64,000 nucleotides of DNA from an uncultured Verrucomicrobiae bacterium (GCA_963803825.1 CAWDOJ010000009.1:4991-68990); one strand, 5' to 3'; positions 30,902-40,467 are shown, counted from the stretch's first letter. The notes: a model not told the origin generated them from the sequence alone. Numbers and translations are program-made.

Positions 30902-31870
30902 ATGTTCCGCCCCCTCTTCGCTCTCCTGTTAGCCATCGCAACGGCTGAGGCCGCCGCGCCCAACGGCATGGTCTGGATCCCGGCTGGCACTTTTGCCATG
31001 GGTTCGTCGGAGGAGGAATTTCCGGACGCGCAGCCCGTTCACGAAGTCTACGTCGATGGCTTCTGGATGGACGAGGCCGAGGTGACCAACGCGGAATACG
31101 CTCGCTTCGTCGACGCCACGGGCTACGTGACCGTGGCGGAGCGCCCGCTTGATCCGAAAGATTTCCCCGGTGCTCCGCTTGAGCTGCTCGTGCCGGGCGC
31201 GGTCGTCTTCGCGCCGCCGGATACGGCCGTCCCGCTGGACAGCAATCTGCGCTGGTGGTCCTACGTGCCCGGAGCGAGCTGGAGACATCCGACCGGTCCG
31301 GAGAGTGACCTCGAGGGGCTCGAGGATTATCCGGTCGTCAACGTCGGCTTCGAAGACGCCACCGCCTACGCCGAGTGGGCCGGTAAGCGTCTACCGACGG
31401 AGGCGGAGTGGGAACGCGCGGCTCGAGGCGGCCTGGACCAGAAGATCTTTGTCTGGGGCGACGAATTCTCCCCCGAAGGCAAATTGCTCGCCAATACCTA
31501 CCAAGGTCACTTTCCGGATAACAATACCGTCGCCGACGGATTCGCTGCGGCGGCCCCGGTCAAATCGTTTCCGCCGAACGCCTACGGCCTCTACGATGTC
31601 GCGGGCAACGTGTGGGAATGGGCGAGTGATTGGTATCGCCCCGATACCTATCAAAAAATCGCTGCCGAGGGGGCGCTAGCGGTCAATCCGACCGGCCCGA
31701 GCGACTCGTTTGACCCGGCGGAACCCGGCGTCCCCAAGCGCGTGCAGAAAGGCGGGTCTTTCCTTTGCACCGATCAATACTGTAGCCGCTACAAGCCCGG
31801 CGGGCGGGGTAAGGGCGACATCTCCACCGGGACCAACCACGGCGGATTTCGCTGCGTCAAAACGCCATGA
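30902..31870 (+). CDS. Formylglycine-generating enzyme (SUMF1/FGE-sulfatase domain) family protein, secreted
   Basis: Signal peptide, MVWIPAGTFAMGS, EAEWERAARGG, GNVWEWASDWY, RVQKGGSFLC. Confidence 0.85.
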   Translation: MFRPLFALLLAIATAEAAAPNGMVWIPAGTFAMGSSEEEFPDAQPVHEVYVDGFWMDEAEVTNAEYARFVDATGYVTVAERPLDPKDFPGAPLELLVPGAVVFAPPDTAVPLDSNLRWWSYVPGASWRHPTGPESDLEGLEDYPVVNVGFEDATAYAEWAGKRLPTEAEWERAARGGLDQKIFVWGDEFSPEGKLLANTYQGHFPDNNTVADGFAAAAPVKSFPPNAYGLYDVAGNVWEWASDWYRPDTYQKIAAEGALAVNPTGPSDSFDPAEPGVPKRVQKGGSFLCTDQYCSRYKPGGRGKGDISTGTNHGGFRCVKTP

Positions 31871-32022
31871 TTACACGAATCACTTTGATCCTTCTAGCGC
31901 TTGGCTTGCCGGCCTGTCAGGTCACCCGCGACGGCCCATACCCCGAACGGGGTCCGACCTCCCCCGACGTCAGCACCCCCAGCAATTACCACGGCAGCTC
32001 CGTGACTAGCCCCCAGATGTAA
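31867..32022 (+). CDS. Small putative lipoprotein (51 aa)
   Basis: My translation: MITRITLILLALGLPACQVTRDGPYPERGPTSPDVSTPSNYHGSSVTSPQM. Lipobox LPAC. ATG overlaps the FGE stop (ATGA). Below the ORF-track size cutoff. Confidence 0.4.
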   Translation: MITRITLILLALGLPACQVTRDGPYPERGPTSPDVSTPSNYHGSSVTSPQM

Positions 32023-32219
32023 AGTCGACCCGCTCGCTCCTGCTCGGCCCGCCCTTCGGGCGACAACGCCGAGCCGATGCAGTCTGCGCCGAGCCTTCCC
32101 AAGCTCGGGCGCTTAAAGAACGGCGGCTTCCAGCCGCAGAAGGCCGTATCTGAATCCACCAGTCGGCGGCGACAACTCGCGAACGTCCCCGATCTCGATC
32201 CCCCTGCGCCCGTGTCCAC

Positions 32220-32414
32220 TCACTTCGCCCGCCGGGCGCATAACCGCTGGTGCGCCGCCGCAGCCGCCGGATCGCAGTCCAGTGCTTCGGGGTAGTCCTC
32301 GTGGACCGGATCGGGTAACCAGCTGTGGATGAATCCTTTGAGAACCAGCACTCCAACTAGGCCCACTGTGGCGATTGCCGCGCCAGCAACCGGATGTGTC
32401 GAATAATTATTCAT
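32220..32414 (-). CDS. Possible small membrane protein (64 aa)
   Basis: ORF with one TM (AGAAIATVGLVGVLVLKGF). No other support. Confidence 0.25.
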   Translation of the reverse strand: MNNYSTHPVAGAAIATVGLVGVLVLKGFIHSWLPDPVHEDYPEALDCDPAAAAAHQRLCARRAK

Positions 32415-32446
32415 AAATCGGACTGAACCACACCGAGGAGCTCAGA

Positions 32447-32521
32447 ATGGCAGTGCCTAGGGGATTCGAACCCCTGCACCGGCCGTGAGAGGGCCGTGTC
32501 CTAACCCCTAGACGAAGGCAC
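32447..32521 (-). tRNA. tRNA-Glu (anticodon CUC), CCA encoded
   Basis: Reverse complement GGTGCCTTCGTCTAGGGGTTAGGACACGGCCCTCTCACGGCCGGTGCAGGGGTTCGAATCCCCTAGGCACTGCCA folds as a cloverleaf. It has a 7-bp acceptor (G1-U72 wobble), anticodon loop CTCTCAC and T loop TTCGAAT. Confidence 0.93.
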
Positions 32522-32594
32522 CGTTAAGAGCGGGGAAGATGCGGCACAATCGCGACGCTGGCAAGTCCCGATCTTTGAGAATACCGTCGGACCG

Positions 32595-32837
32595 ATGAAA
32601 ATATACGTGAAAACGTGGTGCCCCTGGTGCATCGATGCCATCGCTTGGCTGGATCAACGGGGCTATTTCTACGAGAAGATCGACGTGCAGGCGGATCGCG
32701 CGGCTTTCAACCACATGAGATCGATCTCGGGCCAATCCCTCACGCCCACGCTCGAGACCCCCGACGGCAAGGTCCTCCCGGACTTCGACACCGGGCAGCT
32801 TGAGAAATTCCTCAAGACGCATAGCATCGCCCCTTGA
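32595..32837 (+). CDS. Glutaredoxin-like small redox protein
   Basis: 80 aa. MKIYVKTWCPWC (CPWC active site at the start of helix 1), thioredoxin-fold length. Confidence 0.75.
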   Translation: MKIYVKTWCPWCIDAIAWLDQRGYFYEKIDVQADRAAFNHMRSISGQSLTPTLETPDGKVLPDFDTGQLEKFLKTHSIAP

Positions 32838-33655
32838 TGCTCGCCAACGTCCTCATCGTCCTCGCGGTCGCGGTCCTCGCGATGGCGCTGCGCACCTACC
32901 GGCATCGCATGGTGCACCGGATCGGGACGCTCGGGATCTTTGCGACCTCCTTCCTCGCGGGTTGGCTGATCGGCGGGCACCTCCTCATTGGCGTCGCCTT
33001 CGCAGCGAGTTGGGTTCTGCTCCCGTGGGTGGAAATCCTCACCCGCGTCCGCAAGCTGCGCCTCCCGATTGATCGACAGCTCAAGGACCGCCGCCCCCCG
33101 AATCGATCCGACTTCCCGAACTTCAACGAACTCACTGACGAAGTGGAAGCCGAGCAGTTCGAGCACGTCGACGACATCGGCTGGGAACACGACGAGCAGC
33201 GCCAATTCTACCGCGTTCTCTACCAGCCCGAGAGTCGCACCGAGACCGCGATCTGCCTGGTCGAGCAGAGTGAACTCGCTTTCTTCTACGTGTCGATCAC
33301 CTCGCGCACACCCGACGGCCAGATCTACACCACTTGGAACTACCCGTTCTCCTACGGCCTCCGCCTCCTTCCCAGCCTCCGCCTGCACCGGACCGCTGGC
33401 GACCTCCCGTTCTCCGAGATGCTCTCTGAGCACCGACTCTTCCTCGACCGCAGCAAAGTCGGTGTCGATGCCGTCCAAGCGCAGACTCCCGACGACGTCC
33501 GCACCCGCTTGGAGTCCGACCTCCGCGACCAGATCGTCCACAATCTCGACCGCGGACTCCTCGTTCGCGACGGCGAGAAGAACATCCGCTACTCGGCCCG
33601 CGGGATGCTTTTCCTCTGGGTTCAATTCATCCGCGACCTCGTCCGCCTGTCATGA
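32837..33655 (+). CDS. Hypothetical membrane protein
   Basis: 3 N-terminal TM helices then a soluble domain. ATG overlaps the grx-like stop (TGATG) and its stop overlaps the deoC ATG (ATGA). Confidence 0.55.
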   Translation: MLANVLIVLAVAVLAMALRTYRHRMVHRIGTLGIFATSFLAGWLIGGHLLIGVAFAASWVLLPWVEILTRVRKLRLPIDRQLKDRRPPNRSDFPNFNELTDEVEAEQFEHVDDIGWEHDEQRQFYRVLYQPESRTETAICLVEQSELAFFYVSITSRTPDGQIYTTWNYPFSYGLRLLPSLRLHRTAGDLPFSEMLSEHRLFLDRSKVGVDAVQAQTPDDVRTRLESDLRDQIVHNLDRGLLVRDGEKNIRYSARGMLFLWVQFIRDLVRLS

Positions 33656-34575
33656 CCCATTCTCCCACTCTCCCTCTCCTACCCGCTCCCTCGATTCACC
33701 GCACCTCCGTCGACCAGGTCATGGTCGAAGAACGCGCCGCCTCCTTCACCAAGCGCAGCATCAAGGCCGAGACCAAGCTCTCCGGCTTGCGCCTCGCGTA
33801 TTCGATGATGGATCTCACCACCCTCGAGGGCAAGGACACCCCCGGCAAAGTCGCCTACCTCTGCCAGAAGGCCATTGCCCCCGCCGAAGCGCGCTACGGA
33901 GTCCCGTCCGCCGCCGCCGTCTGCGTCTACCCGAATCTAGTGCCCGCCGCCAAACGCTTTCTCCGAGGCACCACCATCAACGTAGCTGCCGTGGCCACCG
34001 CCTTCCCCAGCGGCCTCATGCCGCTTTCGGTCAAGCTCGAAGACGTGCGCCTCGCCGTTGACTACGGAGCCGACGAGATCGACATGGTCATCGACCGAGG
34101 AGCTTTCCTCCGGGGCGAATACCGGCAAGTTTTCGACGAGATCGCCGCCGTCCGCGACGCCTGCGGGGCCGCGCACCTCAAGGTCATCTTCGAGACCGGC
34201 GAACTCGAGACCTACGACAACGTCCGCCTCGCCAGCGACCTCGCCATCGCCGCCGGCGCTCATTTTATCAAGACCTCGACGGGCAAAGTCAGCCCCGCCG
34301 CCACCCTTCCGGTCACGCTCGTCATGCTGGAAGCCATCCGCGACCACTTCTACGCCACCGGCCTCCGGGTGGGGATGAAACCCGCCGGAGGCATCAAGAC
34401 CGCCAAACAAGCGCTCAGTTACCTCGTGATGGTCAACGAAGTGCTCGGTGAGGATTGGATGACGCCCGACCTCTTCCGGTTCGGAGCAAGCACGCTCGCC
34501 AACGACGTCCTCATGCAGATCGCCAAGCAAATCGACGGCCCCTACCAGAGCGCCGAATACTTCTCCCTTCCGTAA
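33652..34575 (+). CDS. deoC: Deoxyribose-phosphate aldolase (long form)
   Basis: MDLTTLEG, VAAVATAFPSG, EIDMVI, LKVIFETGEL, Schiff-base FIKTSTGK. Confidence 0.88.
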   Translation: MTHSPTLPLLPAPSIHRTSVDQVMVEERAASFTKRSIKAETKLSGLRLAYSMMDLTTLEGKDTPGKVAYLCQKAIAPAEARYGVPSAAAVCVYPNLVPAAKRFLRGTTINVAAVATAFPSGLMPLSVKLEDVRLAVDYGADEIDMVIDRGAFLRGEYRQVFDEIAAVRDACGAAHLKVIFETGELETYDNVRLASDLAIAAGAHFIKTSTGKVSPAATLPVTLVMLEAIRDHFYATGLRVGMKPAGGIKTAKQALSYLVMVNEVLGEDWMTPDLFRFGASTLANDVLMQIAKQIDGPYQSAEYFSLP

Positions 34576-34607
34576 CGCAAACTTCTAGTTTGCAGGAGCC
34601 TCTCGCC

Positions 34608-36167
34608 ATGCCGAAAACCGCCAAAAAATCCAAATCGTCCCGCGCTCTCGCGAAGTCGGACCGTCACCCGAACGCCGCCGCCCACCAGCTCGACACCACC
34701 CCGGTCCCCGCTGGTGAACGCTCTCTCAAACTCGGCACTTGGGCCTACGCCCCCGCCCCCGAGACGACGCCGGTTGAGATCGACTCGACCTACAACCTCT
34801 TCATCGACGGCCAATTCAGCGCCCCCGCCTCCGGCAAACATTTCGACACGATCAATCCCGCCACGGAGAAGAAGCTAGCCTCCATCGCACTAGCCAGCGC
34901 CGAAGACGTCGACCGCGCCGTTGCCGCCGCCCGCCGCGCCCAGACGAAAGTCTGGGGACCCATGTCCGGACGCGAACGCGGCAAATACCTCTACCGCATC
35001 GCCCGCCTCATCCAGGAGAAGGCCCGCGAACTCGCAATCCTCGAATCGATGGACGGCGGCAAGACGATCAAGGAAAGCCGCGACGTCGACCTCCCGCTCG
35101 TCGCCGCCCACTTCTTCTACTACGCCGGCTGGGCCGACAAACTCGCCTACGCCTTCCCGGGTCGGACCGCTTCGCCCCTCGGAGTCGCGGGTCAGGTGAT
35201 CCCGTGGAATTTTCCGCTCCTCATGGCCGCGTGGAAGCTCGCGCCCGCCCTCGCGACCGGCAACACCTGCGTCCTCAAGCCCGCCGAGACCACGTCCCTC
35301 ACCGCGCTCCACCTCGCCCGCATCTTTCAAGAAGCCGACCTCCCCGACGGCGTCGTGAATATCGTCACCGGTGCTGGCGAGACCGGATCCGCTCTCGTCA
35401 ATCACCCCGACGTCGACAAGGTCGCCTTCACCGGTAGCACCGCCGTCGGCAAGCGCATCGCCGCCGACCTCGCGGGCACCGGAAAGAAGCTCACGCTCGA
35501 ACTCGGCGGCAAAGCGGCCAACATCGTCTTCGACGACGCCCCCATCGAGCAGGCCGTCGAAGGCATCGTCGGCGGCATTTATTTTAACCAAGGCCATGTC
35601 TGCTGCGCAGGATCGCGCCTCCTCGTCCAGGAGTCGATCCACGACGAAGTCATCCGCCGCCTCCGCGACCGCATCAGCACCCTCCGAGTCGGTGACCCGC
35701 TCGACAAGAACACCGACATCGGCGCGATCAACAGCGCCGCGCAGCTCGCCCGCATCCGCGAACTCGTCGACAGCGGCGTCGCCGAAGGTGCCGACCTCGT
35801 CCAGCCCAAGTGCGCCCTGCCGAAGCGAGGATATTACTTCCCCCCCAGCTTCTTCACCGGAGTCACCGCCGCCCACCGCATCGCCCGCGAAGAGATTTTT
35901 GGCCCGGTCCTCTCGGTCATGACCTTCCGCACCCCCGAAGAAGCCATCGAGCGAGCCAACAACACCCCGTACGGCCTCAGCGCCGGAGTTTGGACCGACA
36001 AGGGGTCCAAGATCTTCAAGATCGCCGCCAAGCTCCGCGCCGGCATCGTCTGGGCCAATACGTTCAACAAATTCGACCCCACGAGTCCGTTCGGTGGCTA
36101 CAAAGAAAGCGGCTTCGGTCGAGAAGGCGGACTTCAGGGATTGTCACCCTACGTCAAATTGTCCTGA
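34608..36167 (+). CDS. NAD(P)-dependent aldehyde dehydrogenase with Lys-rich N-terminal extension
   Basis: VIPWNFPLLMAAWKLAPALATGN, FTGSTAVG, ELGGKAANIVF, catalytic FNQGHVCCAGSR, EEIFGPV. Start at MPKTAKKSKSS. Confidence 0.9.
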   Translation: MPKTAKKSKSSRALAKSDRHPNAAAHQLDTTPVPAGERSLKLGTWAYAPAPETTPVEIDSTYNLFIDGQFSAPASGKHFDTINPATEKKLASIALASAEDVDRAVAAARRAQTKVWGPMSGRERGKYLYRIARLIQEKARELAILESMDGGKTIKESRDVDLPLVAAHFFYYAGWADKLAYAFPGRTASPLGVAGQVIPWNFPLLMAAWKLAPALATGNTCVLKPAETTSLTALHLARIFQEADLPDGVVNIVTGAGETGSALVNHPDVDKVAFTGSTAVGKRIAADLAGTGKKLTLELGGKAANIVFDDAPIEQAVEGIVGGIYFNQGHVCCAGSRLLVQESIHDEVIRRLRDRISTLRVGDPLDKNTDIGAINSAAQLARIRELVDSGVAEGADLVQPKCALPKRGYYFPPSFFTGVTAAHRIAREEIFGPVLSVMTFRTPEEAIERANNTPYGLSAGVWTDKGSKIFKIAAKLRAGIVWANTFNKFDPTSPFGGYKESGFGREGGLQGLSPYVKLS

Positions 36168-36211
36168 GTTTTCGAACAGAAGGTCACGAAGGAAACAAAG
36201 AATACGGGGAA

Positions 36212-36253
36212 CGCACGCGTCCCCGCGTGCGAGCTGCGGCGTCTCGCCGCAGC
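36212..36253. terminator. Two adjacent perfect GC hairpins between convergent genes (bidirectional terminator candidate)
   Basis: cgcacgcg-tccc-cgcgtgcg (36212-36231, 8 bp) and gctgcggcg-tct-cgccgcagc (36233-36253, 9 bp). Confidence 0.5.
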
Positions 36254-36310
36254 GCTCATCGGCAATCCGCGCCAGCGGGAGCCGAACGCATGCCCTTCGT
36301 CACCTTTTGT

Positions 36311-37969
36311 TCAAACTGGATTCGTATTCCCCCCCAGCACGACCTCCGCATACCCCGCCATCAGCTCGGCATCCAAAGGCGAACACCGGAACGCTACGAA
36401 TCCGTCTGGCCGCACCACGTAAGCCGCTGGTAGCTCGACGCCGTAGCGCAGGTGCGCCTCGGATTTTAGGTCCAGCAACCACTCCGCCCCATCCGGCGGA
36501 CGTGACCCGCGCCAGACCCGCACGAATTTCTCCGAGTCTCCGCCCAACGCCCGCACCCGCTCCTCAAATTCTCGCAGCGCCTCCGCGTCCTCCGCATCCG
36601 GCTTCCGTCCCGAGAACAAGATCACCGCGTGCCCGCCGCCGGCCATCTCGTCCAACAGTGCCATCTCGGCGTCTCGGCGAGGGCAAAACACATCGACCCC
36701 GCGCACCCGCGTGCCCGGCTCAAACCCTTGTGACCGCCAATCCTCGTGCCACGCGGAGTCGTCGTCGATGATCGGACTCTGCTCGTAGACGACGCGGAGG
36801 CCGGACATTTCAGAGGCAAATTGTTCCTTAAACTTTTCGGTCGTCGCAAGCACCCGCACCCGAGCATTCCGCGCCGCGCGCAGCAAAGGATTCTTCACCG
36901 AAGTCAGCTTCTTTCTTTCGACCGCAGCCGCGAGCACCGTCGACGCCACCCCAGATCGTTCCACGTCGTAACTCGTGAGCAACGCTTCCTCATCGCCCCG
37001 CCCGGTCGCGATCAAGCCCAGCTTCCACCCAAGATTAAACGCGTCCTGAATCCCCGCGTTCATCCCTTGCCCGCCCACCGGGCTGTGAACGTGCGCCGCG
37101 TCCCCCAGTAACAGCACGGGTCCCTTCCGGAAAGTCGCGGCCCGCCTCTCGCTCACGCGAAACGACGACAGCCAGATCGGATTTGACAGCTTCCAATCGC
37201 CCCGGCCGTGCGCCGCAAGGTGAGCCTCCAGCTCCTCGATGGTCGCCGGTCCATGCTCCCACGTGTCGCCCCGCCGGTCTGCCACCACTCGCCAGATTCC
37301 CGGCACCACCGGGTAGAGTGCGAGAGTCCCTTCGCCCGCCCAATCGAGTTGCACCACGTCGATCTCGAGATCCTGATCGATCTCGACGTCCCCGATCGCA
37401 AAACGCTCCTCGTTCACCTCGCCGATAAAATCGATGCCCGCACCGTGGCGAACGGCGCTGTGCACCCCGTCGCAGCCAGCAAGCCACCGCGTTCGCAGGG
37501 TCAGCGGATCGCCCTCCGAGTCCCTCAACTCACACCGCACCCCCAAGGCATCCACCGCGAAAGACGCAAGTTGCACGCCCCTCTCGACCTCCACGCCGAG
37601 CTCGAGCAGGCGATCGATGAGAATCTGCTCCGTCTCGACCTGCGGCAGCAACAGCGGCAGCGGGTAGCGCGACTCGACCCCGTGCGACACGTCCATCTCC
37701 GCCAAAAGCGTCCCCTCGGCCGAGATCTGGATCGCGCGCACTTCGTTCCCGGCTTCCAGCAAACCAGCCGCGCACCCCATCGTCTCGAGAGCCTCCAGAG
37801 TCGCGGCCCACAAGCCCGGCGCCTCGGCGTGCGGGTTGCGCTCGGTGCGCATGTCGATCACCCTCACGTTCACTCCCAACTTCCGGCACTGAATCCCGAG
37901 CGCCAATCCAGTCGGTCCCGCCCCCACAACCAGAACGTCGCAATCACTACCACCCATCCGCTCATACAA
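36311..37969 (-). CDS. FAD-dependent aromatic-ring monooxygenase (PheA/TfdB-like) with C-terminal thioredoxin-like domain
   Basis: DVLVVGAGPTGLALG (GxGxxG), LAGCDGVHSAVR, LLGDAAHVHSPVGGQGMNAGIQDAFNLGWKL. Confidence 0.85.
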   Translation of the reverse strand: MYERMGGSDCDVLVVGAGPTGLALGIQCRKLGVNVRVIDMRTERNPHAEAPGLWAATLEALETMGCAAGLLEAGNEVRAIQISAEGTLLAEMDVSHGVESRYPLPLLLPQVETEQILIDRLLELGVEVERGVQLASFAVDALGVRCELRDSEGDPLTLRTRWLAGCDGVHSAVRHGAGIDFIGEVNEERFAIGDVEIDQDLEIDVVQLDWAGEGTLALYPVVPGIWRVVADRRGDTWEHGPATIEELEAHLAAHGRGDWKLSNPIWLSSFRVSERRAATFRKGPVLLLGDAAHVHSPVGGQGMNAGIQDAFNLGWKLGLIATGRGDEEALLTSYDVERSGVASTVLAAAVERKKLTSVKNPLLRAARNARVRVLATTEKFKEQFASEMSGLRVVYEQSPIIDDDSAWHEDWRSQGFEPGTRVRGVDVFCPRRDAEMALLDEMAGGGHAVILFSGRKPDAEDAEALREFEERVRALGGDSEKFVRVWRGSRPPDGAEWLLDLKSEAHLRYGVELPAAYVVRPDGFVAFRCSPLDAELMAGYAEVVLGGNTNPV

Positions 37970-38081
37970 CGCTTAAACGGCGTCGCGTTGAACCCCAAAA
38001 ACAATGCCGTCGACCCGGGCGGCAACGGTCTTATTTTTGCGCTCCACATTTCGGGCGATTGCGGCGAACTTCCCGGGTTCC

Positions 38082-38564
38082 ATGACGCTTACCGACGACC
38101 AAAAAGCCTCCGTCACCCGCTGGATCGAAGCGGGAGAATCCCTCTCCGAAGTCCAGCGCAAGCTGCGCGAAGAATTTCAAATCACCGCGACCTTCATGGA
38201 GACGCGCTTTCTCGTCGACGACCTCCGGCTCACTCTGAAGTCTGACCCGGAACCCGAGGTGCCAGCGGCCGACCCCACCCAACCTGCCACCAGCGCTCCC
38301 GCCGACGCCCTTCCGCCCGACGAGATTCTTCCGCCCGCAGGATCCGGTGGCCGCGTCTCCGTGACCGTGGATCAGATCGCCCGGCCCGACGCCATGATCA
38401 GCGGCAAAGTCACCTTCTCCGACGGCCAGGGTGCCAGCTGGTACATGGACCAGATGGGACGACTCGGCCTCGACGCCGCCACCCCCGGCTACCGCCCTTC
38501 CGAAGAAGACGTCCTCGCCTTCCAAACCGAACTCCAGAGCCTCGCCCGGACCCAGGGCTTCTGA
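38082..38564 (+). CDS. Hypothetical protein
   Basis: In-frame ATG 38082 of ORF 38004..38564. Helical N-domain, Pro/Ala linker, small beta-rich C-domain. No family recognised. Confidence 0.5.
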   Translation: MTLTDDQKASVTRWIEAGESLSEVQRKLREEFQITATFMETRFLVDDLRLTLKSDPEPEVPAADPTQPATSAPADALPPDEILPPAGSGGRVSVTVDQIARPDAMISGKVTFSDGQGASWYMDQMGRLGLDAATPGYRPSEEDVLAFQTELQSLARTQGF

Positions 38565-38565
38565 G

Positions 38566-38763
38566 GTGCTCATCAAGCTCAACGGCACCGGTCACGAGAC
38601 ATCCGCCACGACCGTCGCCGCACTCATCGCCGAGCTCCAGCTCCCGCCCGGAACCATCCTCGTCGAACACAACACCGTCGCACTCCTGCGTTCCGAGTGG
38701 AGCCAGACGCCCCTGGCGACCGACGACCGCCTCGAGCTACTCCGAGTTGCCGCTGGTGGCTGA
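38566..38763 (+). CDS. thiS: ThiS-type sulfur-carrier (ubiquitin-like) protein
   Basis: 65 aa from GTG 38566: (M)LIKLNGTGHE...LVEHNTVALLRSEWSQTPLATDDRLELLRVAAGG-stop. Typical ThiS length, xIxxNG start and C-terminal GG. Confidence 0.7.
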   Translation: MLIKLNGTGHETSATTVAALIAELQLPPGTILVEHNTVALLRSEWSQTPLATDDRLELLRVAAGG

Positions 38764-38811
38764 ATTTGACCTTCCAACGTTCCGACCTTAGACCTTCCGA
38801 CCGACCAACCG

Positions 38812-40152
38812 ATGTTCAACCGCCTCTCCGACAAACTCCAGGACGTCTTCAAAGACCTCCGTGGCCAAGGAGCCATCACGGAGAAAAACATCAACGACGC
38901 ACTCCGCGAAGTCCGGCTCGCGCTGCTCGACGCGGACGTCCACTTCAAGGTCGCCAAAGACTTCATCGCCTCCGTCAAAGAGAAAGCACTCGGCGAGGAT
39001 GTCACCCGCAGCGTCACGCCGGGTCAGCAGATCATCAAGATCTTCCAGGACGAGCTCATTGCCCTGCTCGGCGGCGATTCCGAAGCTCTCAACCTCGACA
39101 AGCCCGCCCGCATCCTCGTCGTCGGACTCAACGGCGCGGGCAAGACGACCTCGTCCGCTAAGCTTGCCCGTTGGCTCAAATCCCAAGGCCGCACGCCGAA
39201 TCTCATCGCCTGCGATCTCGTCCGCCCCGCCGCCATCGACCAACTCGTGACCCTCGCTGGCCAAGTCGACGTCCCCGTATTTGCGCCTGATCCCACGGAG
39301 AAAGATGTGCTCGCCGTCGCCAAGCGCGCCCTCGCCTGGGGCACCGAAAATGGCGGCAACGTCCAGATCTTCGACACCGCCGGACGCCAGGAGATCGACG
39401 AGCCGCTCATCGCCGAGATCAAGGCCCTCAAAGAATACCTCAATCCGCAGGAAGTCCTGCTCGTTTGCGACGCCGCGACCGGTCAGCAGGCTGTCTCGGT
39501 GGCCGAGCACTTCCACGAAGCCCTCGGCCTCACTGGCATCATCCTCACGAAGCTCGACGGCGACGCTCGCGGTGGAGCGGCGCTTTCTCTGCGCGCCGTC
39601 ACCCAGCGTCCGATCAAATTTGCCGGCACGGGCGAGAAGCTCGATCAATTCGAGCCCTTCCACCCCGACCGTCTAGCCAGCCGCATCCTCGGCATGGGCG
39701 ACGTCGTGTCGCTCGTCGAGAAGGCCGCCAGCGCCATCACCGAAGAAGACGCGCTTCGCCTCGAGCGGAAGATGAAGACGGCCTCCTTCGATCTCGAGGA
39801 CTTCCTGCAGCAGTTCAAAATGCTCAAACGCATGGGACCGCTCGAGAATCTACTTGGCATGATCCCCGGCATGGGTAAGCTCACCGATTCCTCGATTGAC
39901 GAGGGCCAGATGAAACGGGTGGAGGCGATCATTCTCTCCATGACTCCCAAAGAACGCGCCAGGCCAGAGATTCTCAACGCCCGACGCCGACAACGAGTCG
40001 CCCGCGGCAGCGGCGTCACCGTCACCGAGGTCAACACCCTCCTCCAGCGCTTCGGCCAAATGAGGAAGATGATGAAGAAAATGGGCGGCAGCGGCATGAA
40101 AAAGATGATGGCCCAAGCCCAGAAATCCGGCCTCCCGGGCCTGCCACGATAA
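38812..40152 (+). CDS. ffh: Signal recognition particle protein Ffh
   Basis: GLNGAGKTTSSAKLA, DTAGR, TKLDGDARGG, Met-rich M domain. Confidence 0.97.
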   Translation: MFNRLSDKLQDVFKDLRGQGAITEKNINDALREVRLALLDADVHFKVAKDFIASVKEKALGEDVTRSVTPGQQIIKIFQDELIALLGGDSEALNLDKPARILVVGLNGAGKTTSSAKLARWLKSQGRTPNLIACDLVRPAAIDQLVTLAGQVDVPVFAPDPTEKDVLAVAKRALAWGTENGGNVQIFDTAGRQEIDEPLIAEIKALKEYLNPQEVLLVCDAATGQQAVSVAEHFHEALGLTGIILTKLDGDARGGAALSLRAVTQRPIKFAGTGEKLDQFEPFHPDRLASRILGMGDVVSLVEKAASAITEEDALRLERKMKTASFDLEDFLQQFKMLKRMGPLENLLGMIPGMGKLTDSSIDEGQMKRVEAIILSMTPKERARPEILNARRRQRVARGSGVTVTEVNTLLQRFGQMRKMMKKMGGSGMKKMMAQAQKSGLPGLPR

Positions 40153-40206
40153 AAGACTTCAGAACCTCTGAACTCCAAAACTTCCAAACTCAGCAACTAA
40201 AAGAAA

Positions 40207-40467
40207 ATGGTAGTCATCCGACTCAAGCGCGAAGGCGCCCGCAATCACCCCTTTTACCAGATCGTCGTCGCCGACCAGCGCAAGCCTCGCGACGGGCGTT
40301 TCATCGAGATCATCGGCACCTACGACCCGAAGAAAGAAGGCGAGAACTACAAGATCGCCGTCGACCGCGCCGATTACTGGACCAGCGTCGGCGCTCGCCC
40401 GTCGCAGACCGTCTCGAACATCATCACCAAAGCTCGCAAGCAGAGCGAAGCCGAAGTCGCCGCCTAA
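40207..40467 (+). CDS. rpsP: 30S ribosomal protein S16
   Basis: MVVIRLKREGARNHPFYQIVVADQRKPRDGRFIEIIGTYDP. Confidence 0.95.
   Translation: MVVIRLKREGARNHPFYQIVVADQRKPRDGRFIEIIGTYDPKKEGENYKIAVDRADYWTSVGARPSQTVSNIITKARKQSEAEVAA

Noticed and set aside
37970-38081. Possible TPP riboswitch upstream of the hypothetical-thiS pair (UUGAACCCCAAAAACAAUGCCGUCG resembles the pyrimidine-sensor helix region).
   Set aside because: The obligatory CUGAGA motif and the P1-P3 arrangement are absent.
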